Source: Amoebophrya sp. A120
Lineage: Eukaryota; Protista; Dinoflagellata
Length of the DNA: 64,000 nt
NCBI GenBank assembly: GCA_905178155.1
Contig: CAJINV010000010.1
Span: 2,748,587 to 2,812,586, forward strand
Direction of reading: 5' to 3'
Both the position numbers and the translations under genes were made by a program. Position 1 is the stretch's first letter. Each line of letters begins with the position of its first letter. Shown here in pieces: positions 46,869 through 60,100 of this stretch. A model generated the notes under the pieces. That model did no database searches. It worked only from the letters and a program-made list of their open reading frames with translations, and was not told where the DNA came from.

Positions 46869-48991
46869 TCATTGTGATACCATTGAAAACATTTCCCAGT
46901 GCTGCCAGACCGGACAAGTTCCGTTTAGGATCGATGAATTCGAGAACAGCGCCGCGCCGTGAGACGATGTGTGGCCACTGGTCAGTGGCGCGTAATTCCC
47001 CGCTGCTGCGACGGTACCTTCCACCTGATCCGGCATTCTCAGGGATGAAGCTGGAGGAGTCTCCAATGCGGCACCTGGACATCCGACGGCCGCGCCATCT
47101 TGTGCTGCTTGTTTCTTTTGCGCGGCAGCTTGTTGTCGCTGCAGCAGTATCCTTGTCCGCAACAGTTTGGTTTCCTTCGTCGCTAGTTGTAAGTGCTTTT
47201 CGAGTATCCACTGCAGCAAAAGCATCAGCACATCCTTGTGTACTACAACTTGCAGTATGTAGATGTACCGCATGAGCATGACATGTTGACTTTTTTTTCG
47301 TTTTTGTATTGAAAGTAAGCAGCATCACAAATTGCATTTTTCCTATATGAGAAAATTCGAATTTGTATTGCGATTTATACTAGATAGCAGTGCGACACTT
47401 TTCCTGCATTGCATATCCAGGGAGTCGTTCGACCGATCCACAGCATTTTTCTGCTCCCGCAACTCTGAAACCGATTGCAGTGCACGTCGTAATTTCAGCT
47501 GGACGACCTGCAACTCGTTCCGGAGAACCGTTTTTGATAGGGTGGTCCAGCGCAAATCGCTCTGACATTCTGCGAGGTCATCTGCACCCGACTCGCCGAA
47601 TCGGATCTCGACCTTGGGGCAGACAAACCCTTGGGCGGCTGGAAATGGGTTCCCCTGTGCGGCCGCGCACTGCTGCTGCTGCGCCCCCTCAGTGGAAGAG
47701 GAGGATGTAAAATTCAGTTCCCGCCCCCTCCAGCGGTAGGGGGGCGGCGGGAGCCCGAAATTGCCGCCGACGGTTTCCCACACTCCGTATAGCACCGCCA
47801 TGTCGGCATCCATCTGCTGCAACACGGTCTCGGACAAACCGAACGTCGTCTTGGCGACGTGATGTTGCAGCTGTGTCACCGGTATCCAGTGCAAGATACG
47901 TGTTGGTCTGGGTCTGGAGATGAAACACAAATCACACGGTTTGTGTTGCTGATGTTTGCATTCATCGCGCCCTGCCTCTTGTCAGTACGGTAAAAAACTA
48001 CAAGAAATGAGTATGATGATGTACTAGTGCACGACAAGTTGTTGGCTTCCGCCTATTGTGATATTACTCATTGCCACGAATTCTCCTAATCAAATTTTAC
48101 AAAATCGCATGACAAACTGCCCTCCCACAAGGACGAAGAACTCACCAACCCTTTTCCTGCAAGACAGATTTGGTTGAGGTTTGCATACCATGAGTCTCGC
48201 ATCAGCATCACAAATTCAATTCCTTATGCTATTTCCGACCCAGACTACGTATATATTTGCAATGCGTAGTCTGTCGCTCCAGTAGCTGCTTTTCGCTGAT
48301 TGCGGATGCCAGGAAGTTGGCTAGGGTGGACGCGAGTTTAGAATTGTCAGCGGCCTGCTTTTCCGCCAAGGAGGGAGACCTGATAGTTTTTTGAAAATGT
48401 GTATGTGAGGAAGCGATGCAATTGAAATTCTGATGATGTCAGCCCCTACTCGTCTTCTATTTTTTGTCGTGCAAATGGAAAGTACAACACGATCATCAAG
48501 AAATCGCCGTAGTACTCAGATCCGGCCGCGGTCTTCTTGAAGACGGAAAGCCTGCTGCCGACAAGAATTCCCAGAACGAAGAAGCAGACTCCAACCAGAA
48601 GAGTCCGGATCCAAACCCCGTGGCTCTGCGCTCGAGCTCCGCGGAAAAGGTACCCGACCGTGAGTGGTTGCTCCCGAGACCAAAAGTGCAGTGCGGGCGG
48701 CGAGGAACTCGAGGAGGCAACATTTTGGGCCGCAGTCCCCTGGCCGCCTCCGTTGATCTTCTCTTTGTATTTGTCAAGCGCCCACTGGACCGCCCAGTTT
48801 CTCACCGGGTCGCCGACGAGTGGCTGGCCGCTCCTCGGGCACCGTTTCACTATCTGGCTTTCCGTACTCCGTTGCAGCGCCGATTTTTCGAACGTATGGC
48901 CGGTTGAGACGACAACCGGTTCCTCGAAAACCTCGTACGTGATAGGACACGTGAGGAGATCAGCGAACTCGTCCGGCGTCAAGCAAGCCAT
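46869..48991 (-). CDS. U-box E3 ligase with TM helix, probably spliced to coiled-coil exons (GT-AG intron 48515-48380 plus two decayed introners)
   Basis: LTCPITYEVFEEPVVVSTGHTFEK...CPRSGQPL...NWAV (U-box). The downstream exons resemble the C-terminus of 44217-46223 (HLQLATKETKLLR, CPVWQHWEMF). The U-box is well supported; the joining is inferred. Confidence 0.65.
47256..47415. mobile_element. Decayed introner family B
   Basis: Right end GCGACACTTTT...GCATTGCATA; left TIR eroded; direct repeat TGCAG/TCCAG; removal restores frame. Confidence 0.65.
47883..48268. mobile_element. Decayed and expanded introner family A
   Basis: TATCCAGTGCAAG...GTCTGGGTCTGGA and GACCCAGAC...TTTGCAATGCGTA; flanks diverged (sense CAGAC/CCGGT). 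Confidence 0.65.
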
Positions 48992-50063
48992 GTTGATGGC
49001 TCACACACGAAGATGTATCTGATGTACTTACTTGTTGGAAGTTTAGCTCTAGTTCGCTTGCAAGAATCCACTTCTAACTCCACTTTCTAATATTCTCGAA
49101 AAACACGATTAATGACGCAAATCGGGGTAATTCCCGAAACAGAGGTTCGTCGCCCTCATATGCCGAAAAGAAATTTGCACCTGTGGTCGGTGAGTTTGAT
49201 CGTTATTTGATTTTGTCACCATAAAAACTGTCTCTCCCGCAGGTTTTTCCCACTCGAATCGACAACGAAGACAACGATCACTCACAAGGACACAGACACA
49301 AGCACTCAAGAACGATAAGCCGATTTGCAGACAATTTGAGGCACGAAAAAACAGCCGACGGATAAGATATGTATCGGAGCAAAAAAAAATCCACGATACT
49401 GCAGCGAGCGAAATGTGCGATAGAAAAGGACTCTGGCCTCGAACGATCCAGAAAGACATTCAAGAAAAAGGAAAAGGCTGTGCATCCTTTCTTTCACAAC
49501 AAAAAAATGTATGGGCGAAATCAGGGCGAATGCGAAAAGTGGAAGAGCGGGACTTCTGGAACAGATCAAATTCGTGAAAGAAGGTTGTCAAAAGCTGTAA
49601 CATACAACGACCTGTTTGTAATGCGCAAGCGATCACTCAAAGAGGCGACGGCGCACTAGCCCGACCACGAGCGAAGCACAACCACAAAGGCCGCAACTGA
49701 GACAAAAAAGCGCGCGTGGCCATACTCCGGGGAAGCTTCGCGCCCCGCTGGGGAAACGGAATGAAGCGGCGCGCCAGTAAAGAACTACGAGACGAAGACG
49801 TCGCAAACATTTTCATCTCCAGTCATAGTATTCTGACGACCATGTGTAGTTTTACAACTGAAGCTTAGGGGTTCCTCACGCCGCTCAAATCAATCTGGGT
49901 GGAACCGTGACGGACGCAGGCATCATTCCTGCGATCGCCATCATTTGCCAAAACAATTTTCAATTCTACAACAAAACTTTTCATTCTCATATGTAAATCT
50001 ACATGAAATCGATGATGTTGATGTGTCAAGACACCTAAGTACTGCGAGCAGCTTGATAAGTTT

Positions 50064-53000
50064 TCAATCTCGTCCAACCTCCATCCAAGAAAAATACTGG
50101 ACTGCCGCCCAGTGCTGGTGTTGTACTAAATTTTTCATCAAACTGCACACGACACAAACTGGTCGCTCCCCGCCTGTCGGAAAAACGCCACTTTCCGGGA
50201 AAATTTCCAATGCTGTTTCAAAAGCGGCTATCCACAGTAAATTTCCCGTACACGTACAAATGCTGTCTCTGCATGACAAAACGTGCCTTCAATCCTAGTC
50301 TAGCATGACAAGTTGTACACTGCAAGTTAGCAAAATTTGTCATGCATTTTGTACATGTACGGGAAATTTACATTGCATACCGGCAAATCGAGTTTCAAAG
50401 TGATTGTCCGAATGAACTCCGGGGCTTGGCTATCAAATGTAAAAATGTCTGGGTCTGGAAGATTCTGAGACTTGTGATGCACGTTTTGCATGAGCCATGA
50501 TGTCTGTGATGCATGCCCTAGCATCACAGATGTTTTGAGGGTATCTTTATGCCTATTCCGCATGACAAATGCCCTCTCCGCGTAGCAAAAATCGCATTCC
50601 CCTTGCTGCTCATGCTATACAGATTTTTTTGGAATCCAAACGCAGCGTCACAAGTTGCATTCTTCCAGACCCAGACATTTTTACATTTGATATTGGCCGT
50701 CGTGGGGAGACGGCGGGGTGGAAGAGTTGTACTGATGGAGATTGTCATGGTGCCGAGAAGTAGTTGTTGCCGCCGCCGTTGCATGGCCGGGTGCTGTCGA
50801 AGAAGAAGAAGACGAACCGAACATACCGTCCTGTTGACCGTCCTGGAGAAGCCGCTGGTCTAGCGGGCGGGGGCGACTTTGTAGTCTGAATAGACAGTTT
50901 TGCACGCCACGGGACTCGCGGATCCTGATCATCTGCTGGTCGCGTATGGGGCAGGAGAAGTTGGTGGTGTGTGAAGTAAATTTTGCATAAAGAGGGGCTT
51001 TATTGGTTCCCTCACTCTAGATCTCTGTTGTACTTGTACCCTTACAACGACACCTAGACCTAACTGCTCGTACTGCCACCATGCATGACAAATCAAGTGA
51101 CCAACAAAAGAAAGCCCCAGAAACTAGACGACCAACACAAGAACAACTTCTTCCCTTCCATATTCACCCTCCGTCGCAGTAACGAGCGCTGCCTGCGCAA
51201 CCACCGGCGGCACCGGTGGTACTGTCTCCTTACCCCTCGGGTCGCGGCCCTAGGGCAGGAGTGGAGCGGACAAGAAGCCAACCGACGATCATCGTCGTTG
51301 TTACAAGAACCGCCACTTCCCGTATAATTCCCACCGTCTGTAGTACCCACTTGGACGAGGTCATCTTCCAACTCACTCCCCGGACTGCAGCCCCGGGAAA
51401 AAACCGAGGCCGAATCGGGCGGGAGCAGACGTTCGTATTGCGAAACAGGTCCGCGGTCGTTTGGCGTGGTTGTAGAGGTGCTACCGATTGTATTTGCTGT
51501 TCTTCCACCAGCAGAAGGCTGCATCATCTCATCTTTCACGGATAGCAGTATTCGTCCCCACTTTTTGTCAAATTTCGGCTTAGTAGAAGAAGCGACAGAG
51601 GGAAGTAGATCGGTTTTTTGCGACGCAAAACTCGAAGCCCCACTGGATCGGGTGGAGCTCTGACGCTTGAAAGGAACAGATGTTGAACCAGGCGTAGCGA
51701 TTCTAGAGGAAGAGGAGGAGGAAGATCCGCCCGCTATTAAAAACGAAGTGGAAGAAGAACCACCTCCCGCTCCGGTTGACGTGCCCGAACCTGTCGTTGT
51801 ACTGCCGTAGGATGTCGACAATGCCCCGGAAGACGACGACACGCTAGTACCGCTTCCCGTCGTTGAAAGTGATGCAGATTTCTTGTATGGCGCAGTATGC
51901 GATGGCTCCGCTCGTGCCACGGATGTGTTAGAAGTTGTCAAGCCATGATCTTCAACTAGTACCTGTTCAGCAGGAGAAACAGAAACACCAGTCAGCCGGT
52001 CGGCCTCTGCTTCTAGGAGGTAATCCGGGCCGCGAAAATGTTGCTCTATCGACTGGCCGGCACGACGAGCGTCACCGCTGGGACCGGAACGCCTCTCGCT
52101 CGTGGAGATCTCTTCAGGATGCAATAGCAACAGCTCGATCTCCTCGAGAAATTCCATTTTCCCGCCGCCTGCAGCGCCGCTTTCTCCGCGACCAGCTGGT
52201 CTTTCGCCGATTCGAAAACACGAATTTCTATCGCCTGGAGAGCGCTGTCGCCGAAAAAAATTTTGGAATGGCGTTCCTGTCACTAGTCGTGGTCCTGTTG
52301 ATGTTCTTCCGCCTCGACTCATAGAGGCTTCATCGTGATGCGATGATACCGACGCGACAATATCAGACATCGACCTCCGCCGGCCATCATCTCCATCCAC
52401 TTCTCTGCTAGTTGTACTGCCTCCTAGCACACTCGCAGCACTGTTCCAATCCAGGCTGTGGACCGATGCGGATTGTCCACCTGGTTCCTGTTGCGCCTGA
52501 TGTTCCGCACCAGCAGTGTTCGTGCTGGCAACAGCACCTCTATCGTGATTGTAGTAGAGGGGCGGATAAGGCGGGATGTGAAATTGATGGTAAAAATACG
52601 GAGAATCCATGGTTCGCATGATAGACTCTGCGCAGTTTCGCAGGCAGGTTTTCATGCGGGCGCGACGACTGTCGCTTCTCGCATATGCCGCATTTCTATT
52701 ATTTTCGGTGTCTTGCGTGGCAACATCCTGCGATGTTGGGCCGGATCCTGTTACTGAATCATGGGAAGCAACAACGTTACTCCCCGAAGATGAGGCGGTC
52801 ACGAGGGAAAAAAACTGCGTGTCCCGAGTGAAGCCAAGGCCCCCACTGGACGCAGTCGCACTGCTTGTCTTCCGCTCGCGTTGCAGCTTGAGTATTTCCT
52901 GTGCTCGAAGGACCTGCGCTGTTGCGGAACCGACTTTGTGCCGATCCACAGCTTCTGCATTTGGAGTGGTTCTGGAGAGGAATTTGTTGTCCCCCTGAGA

Positions 53001-56000
53001 CGAGGACGAGATCGGTAACATAGTCGTGAGAGCTCCGCTGCTGTCGGTGTCCAGGCTGTGCGAGCGGTGGCGGCGGTCGTAGTCGTACTCTTCCTGTGGG
53101 CGGGAAAGGTCTGCAGAGATGTGGTCCAATGCTCCACGACTGTCTTGCTCCTGGGCAAGCTGTTGCCGTCGCTCCTGTTCCTCACACGAGTTCACGACGA
53201 TACTCGTAAACAAGCCCGGCGGAAGCTTATACTGTTGGTTTTCGTCGCTGATGTCAACCTCTCCGCCGGAGCCACCAGCGCTTTTACTCGCCGCCCTTGC
53301 CGCGTCTAACAGACTGTTCCTGACCAGGCGAAAGTTTGTGGCCGGAGCGTAAGTTAGTGAGTAGGACGAGGTAGTGCAGCCGTTGTCTTGGCTGAAATTA
53401 TCTTGGTTGCGACTTCTGCCGCCCCGTCGGAAACTGCCGCGGCCGAAGGACGAGCTTGTTCTCGAAGATTGACCAGCACAAGTTGAGCCACTCATTTCAG
53501 TGATCAACCCAACATTCGTGGAGATTGAGTCGCTGAACTCCAAGACGTGGGTCAGAGCGTAAAGGAACAGGGCTAGTTATGCATTGCAAAAGCATCGTAC
53601 TACTAGTAGTAGTCGCATTACAAATTTTCTCAGCATGACAAATGGAATTTCTCATTCGCATTTACCTTGAGAAAGAGATTTGTCATGCATACATGCGATT
53701 TACGAGTGCGATGCTTTTGCACAGGATACCAACCCACCGTCGTCGATGACTTTCGCAGTGGCACTGGCCAGCGCCCGGGAAGAATCGGGAACTTCACCGC
53801 TGAAGAAGTTGGAGAGTAGGGTTGTTAGCGAGGAAGGGGTGGACACACTCTTGTGTCTTGTCTTCGTTGTCGGATTTATCATGTTCTCGTCCCGCGTAGA
53901 ATTTGAAAAATGCATGCTTGCTGTTGGACTAGACACTCCTCTCTTCGGCGAATCAGAAGGGTTCCAAGCGGCTCCTGCCCGCTGCGAAGACGAAACCGCA
54001 CCAGTTGAATTTCTACGCTTCGGCTTGCTTGTGCTACTGTTGTCGGTCTGACAAAGGTGTTGATCCTCTGTCGTGAAAACAACTTCGCTTCGGTCTTGCG
54101 GGGTGGTCCTGCGAGCAGTTTCCCCGAAATGTTGGAGGCTTGTGTGTGGAAGGTCCTGAACAGGATGACGATCTTCTTGTTGCAGATCTTCAGCGTTTCT
54201 TCCTGCTTTTTTTCCTCGTGCGGGGAGTGGTAAAGAGCTCGAAGAAGAAAGTTTTTGCGGTTCCTCGTCGAGTGCTGCCCGGTCGCCGACGTGTTGGTGT
54301 TCTTGCTGCCGCCGATTACGATCATCCCGCGTGATCTCTACTGCCTCTTGCTGTGGCGCGTGAGAAGATGAATGCCACCCCGCCGTGGCTGATGAACAAT
54401 GATCCGCTGCTGGTAAGCAAGACGGAGAACTCGCCGAAACGGCACTTACAGATCGTGCTGCTGCTCCCTCGGCAGGTAGTCGAGGTGTATTCATAAAAAT
54501 TCCTGATTTTGCATAACTTTCCGGCCGTGCGTCTTCCTCCGCACGACCAGTCCTCAGGTGAAAGGGATCAGAAAAAGCACGGGTATTCTTGTGTTGAATG
54601 TCGAAATCCAGTTCCGGATCGTGGCCTGCTCGATTCGGTTGATGAGCGAGCAGCGCTCCACCTGCTGTTTCAGGTGCAATCACCTGACAGGGCCTTTGTT
54701 CACCCAGTATGTCGCTGTCAAGAAAATCAGTTGGCACATCAAGCGTATTGCTCATTCCACTTCCCCGCTCGTCTCCAGTGTCACGGTCATCAGCGCCGTC
54801 ATCAGCTGCATCAGCCATCTCGACATCTTCCTTTGCAGCACCACCAGCAACGTCACCGCTTTTACCACAGTCCATTGTAAACGCGGACTCCTCCGTCGGT
54901 ATTCTGTCGTCGAGAAATTTCGCGGACAAAACTGAAGTCGCAGAAAAATCCGGCACGGTATCATATGTAAAAACGTCCCCACCCCAGAGTTCTCATGCAG
55001 ATGTGCAATGACGGGAACATTTGTAGTTTGCATCTCCATGAGAGGCATTCCCAATCGATTTTTGGAAGTTGTAATGCTGTCACCAGGATGAGACAGTGGC
55101 TTTCTTATGCGACCGCCCTTGCTAACCAGCACTACATTGCAGATGGAGGCTTGTCATGCACAACTCCCAAAGCTTGGAGGTTTGTGTTGCAGATTTACCA
55201 ACTTGACTATGGGGTGGGGACGCTTTTACATAGAATACACGGGTAACCGACTTCGCGCGTTGATGGAAGAAGAGTTTCCCGACGAGCTGCAACTCCGGCT
55301 CGTGCCGGAGGTTGTGCCAAGTCCAGAACTACTGCTCGCGGTGACACTGTTATCTTGGGCAAGATTAATATCTGCTGACGCTCGCTGGTGTTCCTCTCGT
55401 CCCAGGTGGTGACTACCTTCGTTGAAGGAGCTGCGGCTGCCTGCAGTTTCCGGTGATAATTCGTCCTGGTTCAGGTTCAGGTGGTCGTTTTCATTGATGT
55501 CATCACCGAATGTTGATGACGGCGTCGGCGTGTCGACATCCATCGTGCCGCCGCGCTCTTCCTCGTCAGCCGGAGGTGGATTCGCATCCTCGTTGCCCTC
55601 CAACTCGATTTGGTATCGTCTTGTTGCACGCTGATCGGAAAACGTTGTACCATCGAGGTAGTCCATGTCAACTGCATTTGGCACCATATTAGACCCTCGT
55701 GCTGCCGCTGCCTCGTGTTCTTGTTCAGTAGGCTCTGGTCGTTGCTGGTGTAACATCACCCGCTGCCACTTGCCTACCTGAAGCCCTGGCTCATCATCAT
55801 CTACCAAGAAATTTTCAATCCTTTGCACTGCAAGGCCGGGGAAAGTAGCTGGCCTTTGCATGATGTTTTGGAGGTTATTTTCCGTCGATGTACCATCCAC
55901 CATGGGTTCGTCCGATGGAACAAGTGGAACAAATACCGGCGCGCCAGCGAGGCCACTGTAAGGATCGTTTGCGGTTGTACTAGTTTCATCCGGGGGACCT

Positions 56001-56443
56001 CCTCCGAGCTGGCGGGGCACCTTGGGATTAAAGGAGCTCGGGCTCCTGCTCGCGCTTTGGCTTCGCTCCCTGTCATCCTCATTCTCAATGGGAAAAGACC
56101 GCCGGTTTAATAATCCGTCTCCTGCAGCAGTTACGGGAGCTGCAGCTTCTGGACGAGTTGCATCTTCCACCCGGACGTTGTCAGCACTTTCCGCTGCTTG
56201 CTCCACGCTGGTGGCGCCGCCCGATGAAGCTGGTAGAGATTCTTCTTCCCATGATGTTCGTGGCTCTGGCGGAGGTGACGCAGCCGATGCTCCAAGGAGG
56301 ACACCGGCGCCCAAGCCGCAATGCAGAAGCACTGCTGGAAAATTCGCAGCTCCGTCGAAAAAAAACACCGAGCGCTTGAAACCGTGTCCGAAAGTTGTAG
56401 ACACAATAATCGAGAAAAACGAAAGAAGCAGGTACGAAATCAT
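50064..56443 (-). CDS. Large low-complexity protein with signal-peptide-like N-terminus and TM segment; function unknown; 3 introners plus GT-AG introns
   Basis: ORFs 55226-56545, 53700-54956 and 51093-53543 join in frame after introner removal (SRLPVPDF; DGGLALFLY); the C-terminal exons are less certain. Confidence 0.6.
50431..50692. mobile_element. Introner family A
   Basis: Family A TIRs; direct repeat TTGGC. Confidence 0.9.
53578..53728. mobile_element. Introner family B
   Basis: Family B TIRs; direct repeat diverged (sense GTTGG/ACTAG, both reading Gly-Leu). Confidence 0.87.
54959..55237. mobile_element. Introner family D
   Basis: TATCATATGTAAAAACGTCCCC...GGGGACGCTTTTACATAGAATA; direct repeat CACGG. 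Confidence 0.9.
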
Positions 56444-57125
56444 GGACACATTCGTGTGAAACAACATTTTGCAGACAGAAACTTTGATCCGAAACCAAAA
56501 GTATATTGTGTTTAGCGGCAAACAAACCTCCTGTATAGAGGACACAGAAAGGGGATACTGCTTCGTAGTTTGAACGTTGATCTGGGGATCCTGCTTCGTA
56601 GTTTAGAGAAGCCCAACATGCGAATTATGAAAACGCCTAAGTACGAATTATAGAACAGCGACAGCATGGAAGCAATCTTCAGGTGGAGGAGCCGCGCGGG
56701 CAGCCTTCGGTGCAAGAAATCAAAATCACGACGGTCATCCTCACCGTGGTTGTGGTATCATAAGGACAAACAGTCTGCTGGCGGCCGTGGGAGCTACGAG
56801 GGTCCTCGAGCTCGAGCCTCCCTGATGATAGTTACATATCATCCAGCTTTTCTTCTCCTGCAGTGTTCTTTCCCGTCACGATCATCATCGACGAAGGAGG
56901 AAGAAGTTAGGCCAAAAGATCAAGATTATCAAAACTGTCAATCTTTGACGATTTCGTGCTGGAAGTACTATTCCTTTCACCCACACTACACTTCAGTGAT
57001 ACTACATCACATCATCATCAGAGCCTGCTAGTCCTCCGCTGGGCTATCCAGGCGGTGGTGTGGGGAGACGACAAAAACGAAATACTATCGAATGCCGTTT
57101 GAACTTGAGGTCCCGCGCAGCTTCC

Positions 57126-60100
57126 TCACGTCCGCGAAGCTCCTGCATCGCTGTGCACAGCTGCTACCGTCTCCGGAGGTCCGAACCCTTCTGGCACTTT
57201 GAATTCTACTTTCACCGCGTTCGACGCCTCCTGGATAGGGTGAGGCTGGAAATCCTGACTGAAGGTGACTTCCAGGCTATGCATTGCAAATATGTCTGGG
57301 TCTGGAAGAGTGCAACTTGTCATGCTAATTCGGAATCATGCAAAAATTTGTGTTGCATGATTACCAACAAAGCTGCCCACTTTTGAGCAAGCCGAGGGGC
57401 AGTTTCTCATGCGGAAAAGGCATGGCAAAGATCCCAAAGAATCTGTGATGCCAGGGCATGCATCACAGACCTCATGCGTCATGCAAAACGTGCATGACAA
57501 ACGTTGCATTCTTCCAGACCCAGACATTTTTGCATTTGATACAGGCTGGACAGCTGCAATTTCGCTTCCCGAACACGTTTTTGGAGTTCGCGCTCGAATA
57601 TCCTGTGCAAAAGTATCGTCCTCGTAGTAATTGCAAATATGCATGACAAATCTTCTTCCCAAGGTAAAACAGCATTACAAATTCCATTTCTAATGCTGAG
57701 CCAATTTGTATTGCGATTTATACTAGTACGATACTTTTGCAATGCATATCGAGCATCGTGCTGGTGGAGTTGTTGTGTAAAACGGAAGAAGCTGCCGTCG
57801 ACGTTATAATAGAAGCACTGCATGGATTTTTCAATTTCATTTCGAGTTCAAACCAGAACACAAACCGGACGGAGACAGACGGGTAAGTACCCAAGTAGAG
57901 GTGGTGGTCGGGGTACTGGTAATGGTGAGAAACCTCAAGGAAGACAATCTTGCTTCTGGAGGGGGATGAAACAGTAGTGGCAGTTGGTTCCTCGTCCACG
58001 ACGAGGACATCCTCCACCCAGAAGCGTATGAACTGCAAAAGTATCGTACTCGTATAAATGCATCACAAATTTCCTCAGCATGAGGAATGAAATTTGTAAT
58101 GCCGATTTACCTCAAGAAAAATGTTTGTAATGCAAGACTTGCATTTGTACGAGTACGATACTTTTGCACAGGATAAAGCGCACATAACGTGGATTCGAGC
58201 GCGCGCGGCCGTTATGAAATGCAAAAATGTCTGGGTCTGGAAGGATCCGAACTTGTGATGCGCATTTTAGAACACAGAAAAATCTCTCATGCATAGGTAG
58301 CAAAAGCTGCTGACTTTCTGTCACCAAAGTCGGGGATTTCTCATGCGAATTCGGCATTGCGGAAGCTTCTCGAGACCTGTGATGCTAGAACTTCCATGCC
58401 AGACCTTCTGTGTCATGCAAAAACAGCATGACTCTTCCAGACCCAGACACTTTTACATTTGATAGCCGTTCCGAGACCTTACAGGCTCGGTGAGGAAGTC
58501 TTGCACCACTTGAATCCAGTTGGATTCTAGTTGCAAAGCCGGAAAACTCGCGACACTGATCGGAGAATTGATCGCGTCCGAAGGGTTGGAGTATCTGAAC
58601 GTATGACTTTGTGAAGAAGCGTTCGTTTTGATGATTTTCGTCTCCCAACCGTGAAGCTGAATAGGAAGGGAAGGCCAGGTGGAGGGTACAGAAGCCTCAT
58701 CCTTAGGATTTTCGGCGCCGGGAGATAGAGTGGAAGTCGTGTCAAGAACTGCGTGATTTGCTGTACCAGCTGCTTCTGGCGCAGGAGCCCCAGGTTGTAG
58801 TCCGGCGCGTGCTCCACTAGTACTACCGCCTGGAGAAGCTGGCGGCCCGTAATGACTGACACTCCCATCCTCCCCGCCGCCACTCGTTCGTGCTTTTCCT
58901 TCGCCGAAAGGGTATTTTTCGAGAGGAGGAGGAGAAAACACAAGGACGTTTGAGTTTGCTCTTCCTCCCACATGTTCATCCGAAAAAACATGCTCCCTTG
59001 GCTCCGCATAATCCGCCGCATTTAAAACCAAGCCGAGCTTCTGTTCCAGCAAATGCAGCAATAGAGAATCCTCCACAGTGTCCGCAGGTACTTCCAAGTA
59101 GCCCATGGTCGCTGGCGTGTTGCGCTGTCGTTCCAGCGGAGTCCATAATTCCTGCTCTCGCAAGCGGAGGATCAACGCGAGAGCTGCTCTGTCCTGTGCC
59201 GCCTCGTCTTGCTGCTCTGCTCCATTCTCAGCCGCGGCACCAGCATCCCCGAAAAAACTACCGTTTGAAGAAGGTGATACCATCGCGAGATCTTCTATTG
59301 CGCTCGCAAGAAGGTCATCCTGAATTGCGGAAAGCATTTTTTTGAGCAAGGTCTCGCCCAAAACAGTTTCCACATTTTGCATTCCAAGGTCATTATCCAC
59401 CAGCAAATACAGAGGCGGCTTCATCAGCCGAACAGCGGTCAGGGAGATGAAGGTAGGCTCCGGTTTTTCTCGTTCCTTCTTTCTTGCAAGCACTGGCGCT
59501 TCTCGGACCTCCGAAGAGGACGGTCGTGGCGATTGATCTGTTGCAGACCACGGGTTGGGGTTGGCAGCTCCACTCTCGTGTTGCTGTTCTTGAACACCAC
59601 CAGCGGAGGTTGTTGTTGAGGGCTCCGAAGTTGAAGCACCACCATTGCTGGCGACTCGTCTATTGAATACCCTCCTTGGCGTGGCCTTCATTTTCTCGTA
59701 CTCCAATTCTTTCTTCACGACAAGCTTCATGACTTCCTCCTCCAATTGCAACGTACTCTCCAAAACGAAGTTCCGCTTCTCCAAAACAGCCTCCGACGCC
59801 TGCAGCCAACTCGATAGGTACTTTCGGTCCTGGTCCGTTTCTCTGCCCTTCAGTTCGCTTCTCAAAAACAAAGCAGCTGCGATTCCAGGACTGCTCATCT
59901 TTTTTGCCGTCTTCGGGACTGCTTGTTGTTTTTTCGGATTTGGGTCTTCTTCCTTCGGTTTTGGTAGGAGCAGTTTCAGAAAATTCGGATTGGAATCGTA
60001 CAAGCGACGAGGTGCTCCTCGCAATTGTTTAGATTTATTTTTACGCACTGATGTTGGCCCCTGGTCCTGGTGGGGCTGCTCCCGGGCAGGCGCTGCTGAA

